A program made the position numbers and the translations under genes. A stretch of 63,142 nucleotides of DNA, filler included, from Octopus bimaculoides (Eukaryota): assembly GCF_001194135.2 (NCBI RefSeq). It is 7 parts of 7 records of this genome, joined end to end, with 100 filler letters (N's around TTAATTAATTAA, not from the genome) between each part and the next. Parts side by side here need not be neighbours in the genome. Positions count along the whole stretch, not along the records: positions 42,735 to 49,745 come from NC_068989.1; positions 49,846 to 60,752 come from NC_068986.1; positions 60,853 to 63,142 come from NW_026344172.1; 4 more parts are not named here. One strand, 5' to 3'. Numbering within the stretch: the first letter of the stretch is position 1; every line of letters begins with the position of its first letter. This document shows, piece after piece, positions 48,400 to 62,105 of this stretch. The notes below the pieces were generated by a model. That model was not told where the DNA came from, did no database searches, and saw nothing but the letters and a program-made list of their open reading frames with translations.

Positions 48400-48890
48400 T
48401 GGTGTTACTATAGCAACCAGTCTGCAGTAGCTCTTTCCCGTTGTTCATGGCTGGCCTCCATTTGTTTAAAAGGAGGGCTTCTATGATTCTGATGCATTGG
48501 GTTGCCTTGATGGAAACTTTGAAATTCTGGGTTTGGCACTTCCTTAAGTGTTTCTTTAATGAAGTGCTTGTATGCATTTGCTCCTTTATTCAGATGTGCA
48601 GTTTCCTGGTAAGATGCACCACATTTATTTCAGGCTACTTCATATACTACATAGGCCGACAAGCATGTTCTGATGCTGTTGATGGGGCTGTTGGCAAGTG
48701 TGCACCCCACGGTACTATCTGTGGTATTTTTCTTCGACAGAATTTTGCTCAGAGATGGACCAGTGTGCATCAACTGTATGTTGTGTCTCTCCCTGCAGAT
48801 CACATGTTGAATAGCTGCAATTGTTCTGTCATCGAAGTAGAGCAGTTTAAGAAAGCACTTTTCTAAGTTGGTGCTATGAACTTTCTTATG
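48400..48890 (-). mobile_element. Penelope-like element, decayed GIY-YIG endonuclease region
   Basis: Minus strand GPSLSKILSKK..CTLANSPI...CLSAYVVYEVA*NKCGASY(Q)ET, then KKHLRKCQTQNFKVSIK...IRIIEALLLNKWRPAMN; matches the VY-x-I-x-C-x2-C-x3-YIG-ET ... EA-x-x-I-x-K-x-P-x-LN pattern of PLE endonucleases. Confidence 0.82.
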
Positions 48891-48934
48891 CTGGTTACCC
48901 ACTTTTGTTTCATGCATCACCTCTCTCGTTGCCC

Positions 48935-49000
48935 TTTCAAAGACTAGCCAGGCTCATGGGCCCAGTTTCCTGGTTTCAGTGGCGTGTGTGTTCCCCAGCT
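48935..49000 (-). mobile_element. SINE family C tail-B fragment
   Basis: ctagccaggctcatgggcccagtttcctggtttc..ggcgtgtgtgttccccagctg is the reverse complement of tail B at ~17105-17175. Confidence 0.75.
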
Positions 49001-49184
49001 GACACCCCAACCACCAGGCCACGCGCCTCCATGTGTTTCATCCATGCAGTCATTTAACTGCAGATGATGGATAGTTGTTTTGTGCTAAGCTCTTGAGGAA
49101 TAGTTTGGTGTTGGTAGCTTTGTCTGTTGCTACATATATACATACATATGTACATATACATACATACATACATACATACACATA

Positions 49185-49429
49185 GGTGCAGGTGTGGCTA
49201 TGTGGTAAGAAACTTAGTTCCAAAACACATGGTCCTGAGTTCAGTCCTACCATGTGGTAGCCTCAGACCAACTAAAGCCTTGTGAGTGGATTTCGTAGAC
49301 GGCGTTAGGAAGGGCATCCAGCTGTAGAAACTCTGCCAAATTAGATTGGAGCCTGGTGTTGCCATCCGGTTTCACCAGTCCTCAGTCAAATCATCCAACC
49401 CATGCTAGCATGGAAAGCGGACGTTAAAC

Positions 49430-49475
<46 letters not shown>

Positions 49476-49640
49476 TATATATGTAAATGTATGTGTGTGT
49501 CTTTGTGTCTGTGTTTCTCCCGCATCACTGTTGGTTTATTTACATCCCCATAACTTACTGGTTTGACAAGAAGTGTCTGATAGAATAAGTACCAGGCTTA
49601 TCAAAATTAAAAAAAGCACTGGACTTGATTCATTCAACAA
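49185..49640 (+). mobile_element. SINE family A interrupted by an RTE 3' fragment
   Basis: SINE 5' half to 49302 and diverged 3' half after 49476. Confidence 0.85.
49301..49475 (+). mobile_element. Young RTE LINE 3' terminus with long (GAT)n tail
   Basis: Near-identical to the reverse complement of 46803-46930. Confidence 0.93.
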
Positions 49641-49907
49641 AAAATTCTTCTAGACAGTATCTTATATTTTTGTTTGCCCACTCAGTTGTATCTATCAATC
49701 TATCTTTCTGTGTATGTATAATACACACACAAACATACAAACACANNNNNNNNNNNNNNNNNNNNNNNNNNNNNNNNNNNNNNNNNNNNTTAATTAATTA
49801 ANNNNNNNNNNNNNNNNNNNNNNNNNNNNNNNNNNNNNNNNNNNNTCATATATCGAAAACCAGTAATTGCAGCGAACGACGTTATTGTTCATTTGCGACA
49901 TTGACTA

Positions 49908-49971
<64 letters not shown>

Positions 49972-50038
49972 GTCTATCTATCTATCTAGCTAGCTATCTG
50001 TGAGTGTGTGTATGTGTGTGTGCGTGCGCGCGCGTTCA

Positions 50039-50235
50039 GGGAGGTGCATGGTTTAGCGGGTAGGGTGTTGGGGTCATGACCTTAACTTTTGTGGTTTCGA
50101 TTATTGAACGAAACACTTAATTTCATGTCACCCCAGTTCACTTAGCTCGTAAAAATGTGTAATCCTGCGACGGACCGGCTTTGTATCCAGGGAGGAATAT
50201 ATACGCCAGAAAACTGGAAAACCGTCCCTATGCTC
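50039..50235 (+). mobile_element. SINE family C (head + CORE-like middle + tail B), diverged
   Basis: gtggtttcgatt, aacacttaatttcatgt..ccagttcacttagct, tgcgacggaccggc..atatacgccagaaaactggaaaacc. Confidence 0.7.
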
Positions 50236-50802
50236 TTTACGGAGTAATGTAAACTAACCGTCTGTACACACACACGCACAGGTTTTTATGTATTTGATTT
50301 TCTCATTGCATGTTATCAGCTGCCTTTAACTGCAGCTCCCATGGTCCGCATGTGGAGCTCGGCCTTTTTTTTTAAGGACAGAATAAATCTCCTTGTTTAG
50401 AAAGTCCTCATACATATTAAGAAATACTGGTACCAAAGTTAGAACTTTTTGTAGATTATCAAGCATGCGTCCGTCTTCAACTAAAATCACATTTTCTTTC
50501 ATTCACTGACTCGACCTTGCGACGACTTTAATATAGACATTGAGATACACACGCGTGCACACAGTGGTAATAAATAGTTATTCAGAAAGATCAATCACAG
50601 AACAGTAAATGAGCATTATTGAACTACCTGTGCTATGACCTTCGATTACCGGCGTTGGACATGTAAGAAACCATTCAGTCAGCTATTATGCATTCTTTCA
50701 TCAGTGCATTAACTTTCATTGTCTGTTATGGTGAAAATACCCTTGTTGAAAGCTCATACACTTATGCAAAAGTAGAGTGCATTACAAGCCGATTAGAAAG
50801 TA

Positions 50803-50994
50803 AAATATTTTGTGATTGAAAAAGACGGCAAGGCACACTGCATTCCCTCTCCTGTGCTGATAAACAATTCGAAGTCGTTTAATGTTGAGAGACACTACCA
50901 AACTCATTCTGTGGAATATATTTGTTACCGAAGTGAATCAAGGAAAATTCTTAACGTCAGCGCGCACAAAGTAAATGAATTTCTCCAAACGTGA
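50803..50994 (+). mobile_element. Possible hAT (Buster/SPIN-like) transposase N-terminal BED-finger remnant
   Basis: KYFVIEKDGKAHCIPSPVLINNSKSFNVERHYQTH resembles the KYF..E.NGK..CL.C......K.YN..RHY.T.H pattern; second Cys lost. Confidence 0.5.
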
Positions 50995-51249
50995 TTCTAA
51001 AAACGTAAAAATTGAATCATACAGGATTAGTCGCATTCTGGCTTGCCATATGAAGCTGTATTCAGATAGTGAAACCATGAAACAGGCTAATGTCATGTTC
51101 ACAGTGAGTAAGTGAGTGAGTGAGTGAGTGAGTGAGTGAGTGAGTGAGTGAGTGAGTGAGAAGAGAGAGTGAGAGTGCGTGTGAAAATGTGTGTGTGTTT
51201 GAGCGAGACAGGGCATGTAATGGAGATATTTCGGAGAGAAAGATGTCAG

Positions 51250-52470
51250 AACAAACAAGGACGAGCAAAATAGATTAATAAATGAGATGGGTTGATTGAT
51301 AGAGCGAAAGAAATAGAGCTGTGGAAACAGGGATAAAATACGATAGAGCGGTGACGATACGGATAGAAGGAGATAGAGCGGTTGAAGTAATGATAGAACG
51401 TGATAAAGTGTCGGAAATAGAGTAGAAATAGATTGTATGAGAGGGAGAGAGAGAGGGGGTAGCCGTAAGGATAGAAAGAGATGTAGTGTTGAAAGCGGGG
51501 TCAGAAAATAACGGAGGTTAGAGGCGGAGGTAGAATGTGTTAGATTATGAAATCAGGAAGTGGACCAAGAGACGTGAGAGAAGTAGTATGGCATAGTACA
51601 AGATTAGGAAATACGAAAGTGAAAGTAAGAGAGAGAAGGAGAGACAGTGTGAGAGAGAGGGGGGAGAGGAAAAGGAAAGGGAAAGGTATTAGTGAGAAAA
51701 AAATGGACGATGAAAAGCTGAGAGAAGGGGAGAGAAAGGTTTAGAGAGGTGGTGGAGGAATTAAAAGAAAAGAGATAGAAATGGTCGAGGGCGGCGTAAA
51801 TGTAAGAGGAAAGGAGAATAAGGATGAAAGCCTAAAAGAGGAGAGAGGGGTGAAAAGGCTTGAATATAAATAGACGTGAGAAAGAGTGAGAGAGTAAAAT
51901 AGGGTATGGGTGGTAGTGAGGGGAGGGTGTAGGGGGCAGCGCTTAAGCTAAAGAGAGAAAGAGGGGGATAAAAAGAAACAAATAGATGGAAGGAGGTAAA
52001 GAGTGATAGTGATAGTGATACGCATAGATGTGGAGAAAAAGAGGGAGAAACAAAAGGAACTGAGATCGATAGGTAGGTAGGTAGGTAGATAGATAGATAG
52101 AGAGAGAGAGAGAGAGGGGGGGGAAGAGAGATGGTCTGATGGAGATAGATGGAGAGAAATGCAAAACAAAAACAAAATGGCAGAAAGAATGATAAATGGA
52201 GGCTAAAAACAAATAGAGTGAAATACAGAGATTGGTATTGGAAAGGTAAGAGATGAAAGGAAGAGATGAAGAGATAAAGAGTGGGAGAGAGAGAGAGAAA
52301 CAGAGAGAGAGAGAGAGAGAGAGAAAGGAATGGAGGGGATGAAGTGAGAGAGGAGAGGTACACGATCTAACAGTGTGAGAGTAAGGAAACAGTAAAATAC
52401 TCACAAAAACAAAAAAAAAGGACATTGAGGTGATTGAAATAGATGGAAGACAGAAGCATAGGACAAAGCA
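51250..52470. repeat. Purine-rich (GA) low-complexity tract; similar tract at ~53220-53600
   Basis: Strong A/G strand bias by direct reading. Confidence 0.85.
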
Positions 52471-52714
52471 ANNNNNNNNNNNNNNNNNNNNNNNNNNNNN
52501 NNNNNNNNNNNNNNNNNNNNNNNNNNNNNNNNNNNNNNNNNNNNNNNNNNNNNNNNNNNNNNNNNNNNNNNNNNNNNNNNNNNNNNNNNNNNNNNNNNNN
52601 NNNNNNNNNNNNNNNNNNNNNNNNNNNNNNNNNNNNNNNNNNNNNNNNNNNNNNNNNNNNNNNNNNNNNNNNNNNNNNNNNNNNNNNNNNNNNNNNNNNN
52701 NNNNNNNNNNNNNN

Positions 52715-52746
<32 letters not shown>

Positions 52747-53041
52747 TAGAGAGAGAGAGAGACAGACAGACAGAGACAGGGGCGGGAGAATAGTCAGTGA
52801 AGCTATTGTAACTAATGAGAATGTCGCTTTGGCAAAACGTGCTACGATAAAGGGGTTGGGGAGACAAGAGGGGGGCAAAGTCGGATAGTGATACACTCAC
52901 ACATGTGTATATATGTGCATATACGTATATCATGCATTTTATATATATACATATATATATATATATCTTGATATACATTCAAACATGCAAATGTACTTAT
53001 AAATAAATATATATGTGTGTGTGTGTGTACATACACATGTA

Positions 53042-53135
<94 letters not shown>

Positions 53136-53768
53136 AGCGTACACGCGTGCATGCGGGTGTATTTACAAACTCAAACATATGCACACACACATATGCATGA
53201 ACACATGTATACCTACACATATTTATAGAAGTTTATACAGGGGAAAATTGGAGAGAAAGGTAAGTAGAGTGTGAAATAGAGAAAGGGGGTAAGAGAGCAA
53301 GAGGGGGTGAAAGTATGAGGTGGCGTCAAGCAAAACGGAGAGGGAAATGAATAGAGATGCTTGTAACTAATGCGATTGAAGGTTTGGCAAGACATGACAG
53401 GAACGGAAGGCAAAGAATATATACGAGAGAGATATTGGGAGTGATGGAGAGAAAGGGAATACGGGAGGAATAGTGAGAGAGCGGGGTGAGAGGAAAAGTG
53501 AGAGAGGGGGAGAGAAAAAGTGAGTGAGAGGGAGAGAGAGGAAAGGAGAAAGAGAAATGAAGGGTGAGAAGAAGAGAGGCTGACAAGCAGATCGATAACA
53601 GATCAGAATGATTAGAACGAGGTGTCATTTCGTTGATTAGGTTTTGCCGTGTTTGCAAAACGGCGAAAGATACACGTTCGAACAAATATGGCGGATTTTC
53701 TCTTTCTCATTCATAATCACTTCCTGCTGCATCAGTATCTTGTCATTCATCTTAACGTTTTATCACCA

Positions 53769-53810
<42 letters not shown>

Positions 53811-55594
53811 CTCTTTTTTGCTCACTCTTTCCACATATACACACTCCCTCTCTCTCGTTCTCTCTTTCTCTCTTTCTCTCTTTCTCTCTNNNNNNNNNNN
53901 NNNNNNNNNNNNNNNNNNNNNNNNNNNNNNNNNNNNNNNNNNNNNNNNNNNNNNNNNNNNNNNNNNNNNNNNNNNNNNNNNNNNNNNNNNNNNNNNNNNN
54001 NNNNNNNNNNNNNNNNNNNNNNNNNNNNNNNNNNNNNNNNNNNNNNNNNNNNNNNNNNNNNNNNNNNNNNNNNNNNNNNNNNNNNNNNNNNNNNNNNNNN
54101 NNNNNNNNNNNNNNNNNNNNNNNNNNNNNNNNNNNNNNNNNNNNNNNNNNNNNNNNNNNNNNNNNNNNNNNNNNNNNNNNNNNNNNNNNNNNNNNNNNNN
54201 NNNNNNNNNNNNNNNNNNNNNNNNNNNNNNNNNNNNNNNNNNNNNNNNNNNNNNNNNNNNNNNNNNNNNNNNNNNNNNNNNNNNNNNNNNNNNNNNNNNN
54301 NNNNNNNNNNNNNNNNNNNNNNNNNNNNNNNNNNNNNNNNNNNNNNNNNNNNNNNNNNNNNNNNNNNNNNNNNNNNNNNNNNNNNNNNNNNNNNNNNNNN
54401 NNNNNNNNNNNNNNNNNNNNNNNNNNNNNNNNNNNTATATATAGTGCGTGTAGTCATTTTCGTCTAACTTTCGGTTATAGGAATTCACAGAAAAATAACT
54501 TCTGAATCTTCCGAAAATATTTGTCGCAATTCTCGAAGTCAGCTGCCTTATGGTTGTGTGCTGTTCTAAAAAGAGATGGGCAAAATTTCAAAACTGTACC
54601 CGCGATCGAGTTTATTTCTTTCTGTTCAAAAACTAGGATGAAAGTCTGCAGAAGATCGTTGTGTCGAAATTCCTGGATGCTAGAATACAAAACTGAAATT
54701 TATCAAACGAGAACTCTGCGACAGCCTGTCATATATATATGTTGCATATGTGTGTATGTATTCATTTTTGTCGAGTACATACACGTGAAGTGTCCTATGT
54801 CAAAGAGCTTAAGTAAGCTTTTCGATTACTTCAAGCAATAAAGGAAGCCGGCTAACTCACTCTTCACAGATATAATCTGCAAGTAATCTTGAGTTCGATA
54901 TATAGCAAATGTTGTTGGTTTTGAAATTTCAGTGGTGGAGCGCTTGTTTCTTGGTATGAAACCAGCTCTATTTTCTTGGGAAAATATTGATAAAGTGAAA
55001 GCACACATACATGCATACATACATACATACATACATACATACATACGTCCATACATACACACAAGTTTAGAAAGCTTTCATTGCTTGAAGATCTAGCCTT
55101 TCCAGATTGTCGCTTAGGCATTTACTAACATAACTAAGTACAACATGTATGAATGTATGTATGTATGTATGTATGTATGTATGTATGTATGTATGCATGT
55201 ATGTATGTATGCACCCTCACGCATACACATATGCATACATATGGGGAGAAAGAGTGAGATACATGCACATGAAATGTATATATTATATCATAGGTGTTTG
55301 TAAATGTCGAAGTGACAATCCGAAAAACATGATGTGAGAAAAAGAAACCAACTCATTAACACACTTATCACAAATACGATTTGTGAGAAAAATACTGTTC
55401 TCAACTTCAAAATGTGACGCAGTTTTCGTAGAAACATGTAGATACATTTCAGCGATGGAGTGCTGCATCGTTGTTGAAACTAGCTCTTTCATTATTGGAG
55501 GACTTAAAATAAGTAAAACTAGAAGAGAATATATATAATCATAGAAATTATAAAATGTAGGGAAAAAGAATTCAAACATAATGCCAGTGACTGA

Positions 55595-56020
55595 ATGCTT
55601 TTCTACTTTAAGCACAAAGTCCGAAATTTTTGGGGGAGGGGGCCAGTTGATTACACCGACGCCAGTACATAACTGGTACTTAATTTATCGATCCCGAAAG
55701 GATGAAACGCAAAGTTGACCTCGGCGGAATTTGAACTCAGAATGTAAAGACAGACGAAATACCGCTAAGCATTTCACCCGACGCGTTAACGTTTCTTATT
55801 TCTTTATTGCCCATAAGGGGCTAAACATACAGGGGACAAACAACGGGATTAAGTCGATTACATCGACCTCAGTGCATAACTGGTACTTAATTTATCGACC
55901 CCGAAAGGATGAAAAGCAAAGTCGACCTCGGTGGAATTTGAACTCAGAACGTAACGTCAGACGAAATACCGCTAAGCATTTCGCCCGGCGTGCTAACGTT
56001 TCTGCCAACTCGCCGCCTTG
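55595..56020 (-). mobile_element. Two tandem, well-preserved SINE family B copies
   Basis: cataactggtacttaatttatcga.cccgaa.ggatgaaa..gacctcgg.ggaatttgaactcagaa occurs twice. Confidence 0.92.
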
Positions 56021-56627
56021 AATGCCAGTGACTGAATGAGTAACTAAACAACTGAATTACTGAAGAACATAGAGCAACAATGATTAGCCGAATGAGTTCA
56101 GCTGTAATTTATTTGTCGTCACACAGATGGCAGTACCGTCAACGTGTCAGTAGAAACGCGGAAATGTTTAATGAAGTCAGTGGTTATAACGTTGAAACGA
56201 GTTACTAACAGTAGCCCATTCCCATCTCCTCATTCTACAAATCTCTCCCGCTTTCCATATACTTATTTCTTTCTCCACTTTCTGTCACAACCTCTATCTA
56301 TCCATCTCTTTACCTTCACACCATTTACTCAACCTCCAGGCGGGAGTGGGGAAAATACACGGAAATAAAGGCGTCAACAACAAACGCTAAAAGAAACCAT
56401 TTTCTATCACATCTCACACCGCAAATTGTACTTTTGATAAATATGTATGCATTTATTGATTGGTTTCCTGACCGATTTCTTGTGTACTTGGGCATATGGG
56501 AATGTGAGTGTGGGTAATTAGACACTTTCACACACACATACATACATGCCTGCATGTATAGTACAAGTGTATACACACATTCACACATATACACACATAG
56601 ATATTAATACATCTCTCTCTCCCTCTC

Positions 56628-56696
<69 letters not shown>

Positions 56697-56924
56697 GTGT
56701 GTGTGTGTATACGTAAGTATGTATGTATGTATGTATGTATGTATGTATCTGTTTGAGGGAGAATATACTCGAGAGGGAAGGTGTTTATCATATCCGAGCT
56801 CTATAGTATTGGCTAGTGATTAGAAAATACGGCTATTCACTACATTCTATGAAACTGATACATCAGCAGATCATATCTTATCTGGAGGTTATATATCACA
56901 GACCAGACACCATCAGAAACAACA

Positions 56925-56985
56925 ACAATGAAAACAGCAATTATCATGTAGATGATGATAAAGAGGATGACAATGATGATGATGG

Positions 56986-57040
<55 letters not shown>

Positions 57041-57071
57041 AATGATGAAGATGATAATGATGAAGATGATG

Positions 57072-57106
<35 letters not shown>

Positions 57107-57364
57107 AATGGCATTGTAAGTAGTGTTGGCTGGTAATACTGGTGGTGTGTATGATAGCTGATGGTGTCGATGGAGGCCACGACGATGGAGATGGCGATAA
57201 TGGTATGCAATCATGATGACGTCGACGCTGATGATGATGATGACGATGATGATGATGATGACGACGATGACGACGACGACGACGACGACGACGATGATGA
57301 CGATTGATGATGATGACGACGACAAGCATCTTCGCAATCACAACCACTACTACTGCTACTACTG

Positions 57365-57425
<61 letters not shown>

Positions 57426-57450
57426 GACTACGACTACGACTACTATATAA
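56925..57450. repeat. Compound (GAT)n/(GAC)n/(CTA)n microsatellite
   Basis: Direct reading. Confidence 0.95.
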
Positions 57451-57590
57451 CAATAATAATGTTTGTTCGCTTTGGTATATGGCCAAAGGATTTGAAATAA
57501 AGATACTTTCCAGTGATGGTGGTTATTGTTAAGTCTGCGTGTGAAAATATGAATTTCTTTAATAACACTGTCAATGTACTGCCATAACTT

Positions 57591-57800
57591 CGGCTTAGCT
57601 TAGTGTTTAGGGTGTTGCACTAGTAATCGTAAGATTGCGGTTTCGGTTCCTGAACCGGGCGTTGCGTTGTGTTCTTGAGCATTTAAAAAAAAAAGTTCTA
57701 CTCAGGTGGCAAAATGTGACTTATACTGCAACTAACCGGCGTCCCGTACAGGGAAGGAGTATATATACTCACAGAACCTGGGAAATCGGCCTTATGAATA
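57591..57800 (+). mobile_element. SINE family C (head + partial CORE-like middle + tail B)
   Basis: gcggtttcggttcc, gttgtgttcttgagca..ctactcaggtggcaaaa, accggcgtcccgtacag..agaacctgggaaatcggcc. Confidence 0.72.
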
Positions 57801-57839
57801 TATGGTGTGAGAAGGACATTTGATCCTTTCACAAAAGCC

Positions 57840-58160
57840 TGCCAGCCGTTAGAATCGTTATCGCGCTGGACAAAATTATTAGAAGGATTTCTTTTTGTTT
57901 TGCGTTCTGAGTTCAAACTCTGCCGAGGTGGACTTTGCTTTCATCCTTCGGGATCGATAAAATAAGTACGAGTTGAACACAAGGTTCAATATAATCGAAG
58001 TATCCACTTACGCGAAATTTTTGGCCTTGTGCTAAATTTGAGACTACTACTACTACTACTACTACTACTATTATTATTATTTGTGTCGAGATGGTAGAAT
58101 TGTTAGCACACTGGATAACATGCTTAACGGCGTTTTGCACTTCTATACGTTCTGAGTTCT
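57840..58160 (+). mobile_element. SINE family B, one full and one partial copy separated by (CTA)n
   Basis: gcgttctgagttcaaactctgccgaggtggactttgctttcatccttcggg; second head gatggtagaattgttagcac. Confidence 0.85.
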
Positions 58161-58399
58161 TCTTCTTCTTCTTCTTATTATTATTATTATATTTCTATAA
58201 ATATTTTCAGTCATAACGTTTCCGAAAGATAGAAAGGAACAGAAATTAAGGAGCGAAAAACAAAAGAAAAAATATAAACTTGCAGTAAGACACTCCTTGA
58301 CTTTTAAAAACTGTTTTAGTGAACGACTATAAATGGAAGAAGTATAAATATTTTCCAGAGTACAAGAAGTAGACGACAAAGGTAAGCTGTTCATCAAAC

Positions 58400-58870
58400 T
58401 CACCTGAAACTGCTTTTTATCTATTAATCTTTTTATTTGGCTACAGAATGCTATGCTAAAACAATTGCAAGAAAAGTACATACGTAGCCAATATCTAAAA
58501 ATACTGAATATGAAAGAAAAAGTTTTAAAAAATGCAAACACAAAACTCGCAATATTGGTTGAAAGGTGCATAACTCAAAGCTTTCCCACCATAAAGTATC
58601 AAAAGTATGAATTTAAGTAGAGTAGATTAATTAACTGCAGAATGTGTGGTGTTGGGAAGAAACAGTTTATCACTTTGTCTCCAGTTTGTCTTAACCAAAA
58701 GAGAATATATGTTCATGAATAGTAGAGATGGGTCCATCACATACTTGAAATTATGTCAGCATTATGAAATACTGATGGGGAAGAATTGGGATAAAGAAGC
58801 ATCGGAAAAGATCTCAGAGAATCGCAGACTGACCATACTCTGCGATATGCCAATTTACGCGGCTGGCAAG
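58400..58870 (+). mobile_element. R4/Dong-like non-LTR retrotransposon fragment (CCHC finger to start of RLE), decayed
   Basis: CRMCG (58636) + ETVYH after a frameshift, then KLCQHYEILMGKNWDKEASEKISENRRLTILCDMPI, matching the HW.LC..Y......WY.H.PEKV.EN....ILWD.PI pattern. Confidence 0.72.
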
Positions 58871-59261
58871 CTCGAAGGAGAGGGCTATATTTTGTGGCTT
58901 GACCTGCAAGAAATAGTGGTGAAATCTCCCCGAAGTTTAACTCTACCCAATAAAAAGTAGGAAGAATTCTTTGGATAATGCAGTCTTAGATACAATACTG
59001 CTGGAATGGTATTAAATAAAATCTACAGTATCAGTGGTGATTTGACGATAAGCGACAACAATTCCTATTTTCGAGTTGGGAAGCGCTATTTTCTTTATTT
59101 TGAAACTTCGTTGTACAAAAAATTCCTGACACCTTTCCCAAACTCTGTCGGTATGTCTGTATGCATGTGTCAGTCTCTCTGTCTGCCTGCTTGTCAGTCT
59201 GTGAGTCTATCTGTCTCACTCTCTCTCTTTCTCTCTCCCTCAATCTCTCTTCTTCCCACTT

Positions 59262-59306
<45 letters not shown>

Positions 59307-59583
59307 CTTTGTCTCTCTCTACTCTTTATTTGAAATACTTGGTTTACATACATTTTACGCTTGTGACGGAAATACAAAACTGCTTCAACAAACAAACTGA
59401 TTATACAATACACACACACACGCAGACACACACTCACACACACATACACACACACACAAACACACTCTCACACACATATACAGATACACACGCACGCATA
59501 CACACACATACACGCACATGTATATATTATATACATATATATATACACAGACAGACAGACAGACAGACAGATAGATAGATAGG

Positions 59584-59644
<61 letters not shown>

Positions 59645-59645
59645 G

Positions 59646-59690
<45 letters not shown>

Positions 59691-61924
59691 ACAGGTGCGG
59701 ATATAGGCATGCACAAAAATGTGTGCGTGTGCGCTGGTGTATTAGCGAATACATTTAGATATTATGATTGTATGCCCGAACAACTTGCACGGACGTACTC
59801 ACGCTCACACACACACGCGTGCACACATGCACAGAGAAGCATCTCTGTATAAGTACCCCTACATATATATGTATGTGTGTGTATGCATATGTATGCCTGT
59901 ATATATACATACGCACACGTACACACACATATATATATGAATGCATGTATGTATATATATATATATATATGGGGGGAAAACCTATTTGCGAATCGGACAT
60001 AAGTTTACATTGATAATTAACATTGATTCCATCTGATACAAATGTTAGCAAAGCTTTATATGTTTTAATGAAGCATTCCATAAACAATATCCGGTTTTCA
60101 TGGGCTCTTCATTGATACATTCATTGACACAACTATCCAGGAGATAAATGAAGTATGTTTTAGTGCTATTAATTAACTTGGAGAGATTGATTATAGCTTG
60201 ATTGAGTTCTCTGAGAGGGGCGGGGGGAAATATAATGGCTTACCAGGTTGCACTTAGTGTCTCTCTCTTGTCTTCGGTCTCTTTCTCTCACTTTCTTTCT
60301 CCCTCTTTCTCTCTTTCTCTATGCGTGTGTGTATGTGTGTGTGCCTGTGTGTGCATCTGTCTTTCTATCTATCTACACACACACACACACATATGCATAC
60401 ATATATAGACACACACGTATATAGACATTTAAATACATATAAATGTCTATATATATATATATAAGTACTATATATGCACATATACATACGTATATGTGCA
60501 TACTTACATATATACGTGTATACACATGCATATGTGGGCACAGGACGTCACAGAACGTAAACAACAAAAATACGAAAATATGGAATACAAATACATCGAA
60601 TATGAACCTTTCTTTTTGCGAAGAACGAAGGAAACAATTGGAAAACAAGACACGCAACATAAAAAACGACCCTTCATCAATTGTCGGCTGTTTTTCTAAT
60701 CCGTATTTCGAGCATTTCGATTGAACGCCACGCATCCATTTCCAAGTTATATNNNNNNNNNNNNNNNNNNNNNNNNNNNNNNNNNNNNNNNNNNNNTTAA
60801 TTAATTAANNNNNNNNNNNNNNNNNNNNNNNNNNNNNNNNNNNNNNNNNNNNTCCTATAACCCTTCTTAAAGGGAAAAGATGCTCACAGAACCAAACCAT
60901 ACAAACCTGAAAATTTTCAAACAGAAAATACATCACACAATTTATCAATGCTTTTTAATTCTTTTCACATCTCATCCACAATTCTCAACTCATAGCCCAT
61001 CAATGAATACACATTTCTTTTAAGATTATACTGGATTTGCATTTGAGTGCACTTTTTTAAGACTTGAAACAAGCAATACAACCTCACTATTGATGTCTAT
61101 AATTAAGAATGTTTGTAATGGAGCAACAAATTCAATTATGAAGTTTAATATCAATTTTAAATCTGCCTTTTCAGTAAAATACTTCTTTTCCTAGAAATAT
61201 TCTATTAGCCAGAACCTGCAGCAAAACCCTTAAAAAACAGAAAAATGACAAATAGTAAACCCACAGTAACTTATATTTCTGAAACTATATTTGATGATGA
61301 TGATATCATATATCATTAAGATGAAACAATTTGTCAACTATTACTCTTTCCATTAGAGAACCAACAACATACTTCTGTAAAATTAATTCAAAATCTTGAT
61401 TTGCTAACAACAGTTCAGCTATATGAATTAACTCTTTCAAAACCACTTCTGGTTCCATGATAACTCTTCTGAAAACACCTGCATTATATATAAATTTAAT
61501 TACATGTAATAATATGAAAATAAATTGTCCTGAGTAAAAGTTTCATTATGACACATAAAAGAACCACTTTTTAAATTGTATTCAAAATACAGTTAACATA
61601 TCAATCCTCTCCATCCCTCATTCTCCTTCCCTAACAAATTTTCAAACTGCTTACTCACCTAACCACTTCACTTCAGTTTGTGTTTTGTGGGGACCCCCTG
61701 GGCACCTCATTGCTATTATCTATCTCTTGCAAATCCTGATCTTTTTCTCTTCTCCTCTTATCCTTTTCCTTACTAGATATAAGTAGCTACATAGATACTT
61801 CTACAAGAACCTGCTCTATTCTCACCCCACTTCTCATAATAATACCCTCATACCCTAGCATGAAGCGGTCCTATCCCAATTTCCCCCAGGGTTTGCAGTC
61901 CTGTGAACTGAACAACAACTCCAA

Positions 61925-62105
61925 CAATGCGGGTGGCACATAAAAAAGCACCCAGTCCAAACTGTAAAGTTGTTAGCATTAGGAATGGCATCCAAATGTA
62001 GAAACTATGCCAAAACAGACATTGGAACACAATGCAATCCTTGGACACATCAGATCCTGTCGAATCATCCAACTTATGCCAGCATGGAATATGGACATTA
62101 AATGC
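61925..62105 (+). mobile_element. Older relative of the RTE 3' terminus (similar piece at ~32445-32650, minus)
   Basis: tagcattaggaatggcatcc..gtagaaac..atccaac.tatgccagcatggaa..ggacattaaatg. Confidence 0.7.

Noticed and set aside
48441-48866. 141-aa plus-strand Cys-containing ORF and an apparent 15-nt micro-exon (cAG|ATGTGCAGTTTCCTG|GTAAG) at ~48594
   Set aside because: Antisense to the Penelope GIY-YIG remnant, which explains the sequence better; exonisation is not excluded but is unsupported.
56816-57136. Asp-rich ORF resembling acidic biomineralisation proteins
   Set aside because: It is a (GAT)n microsatellite embedded in other trinucleotide runs; no signal peptide or clear splice context.
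61245-61460. Semi-open frame MTNSKPTVTYISETIFDDDDIIYH*DETICQLLLFPLE...
   Set aside because: Internal stop and no recognisable motif; cannot be supported.
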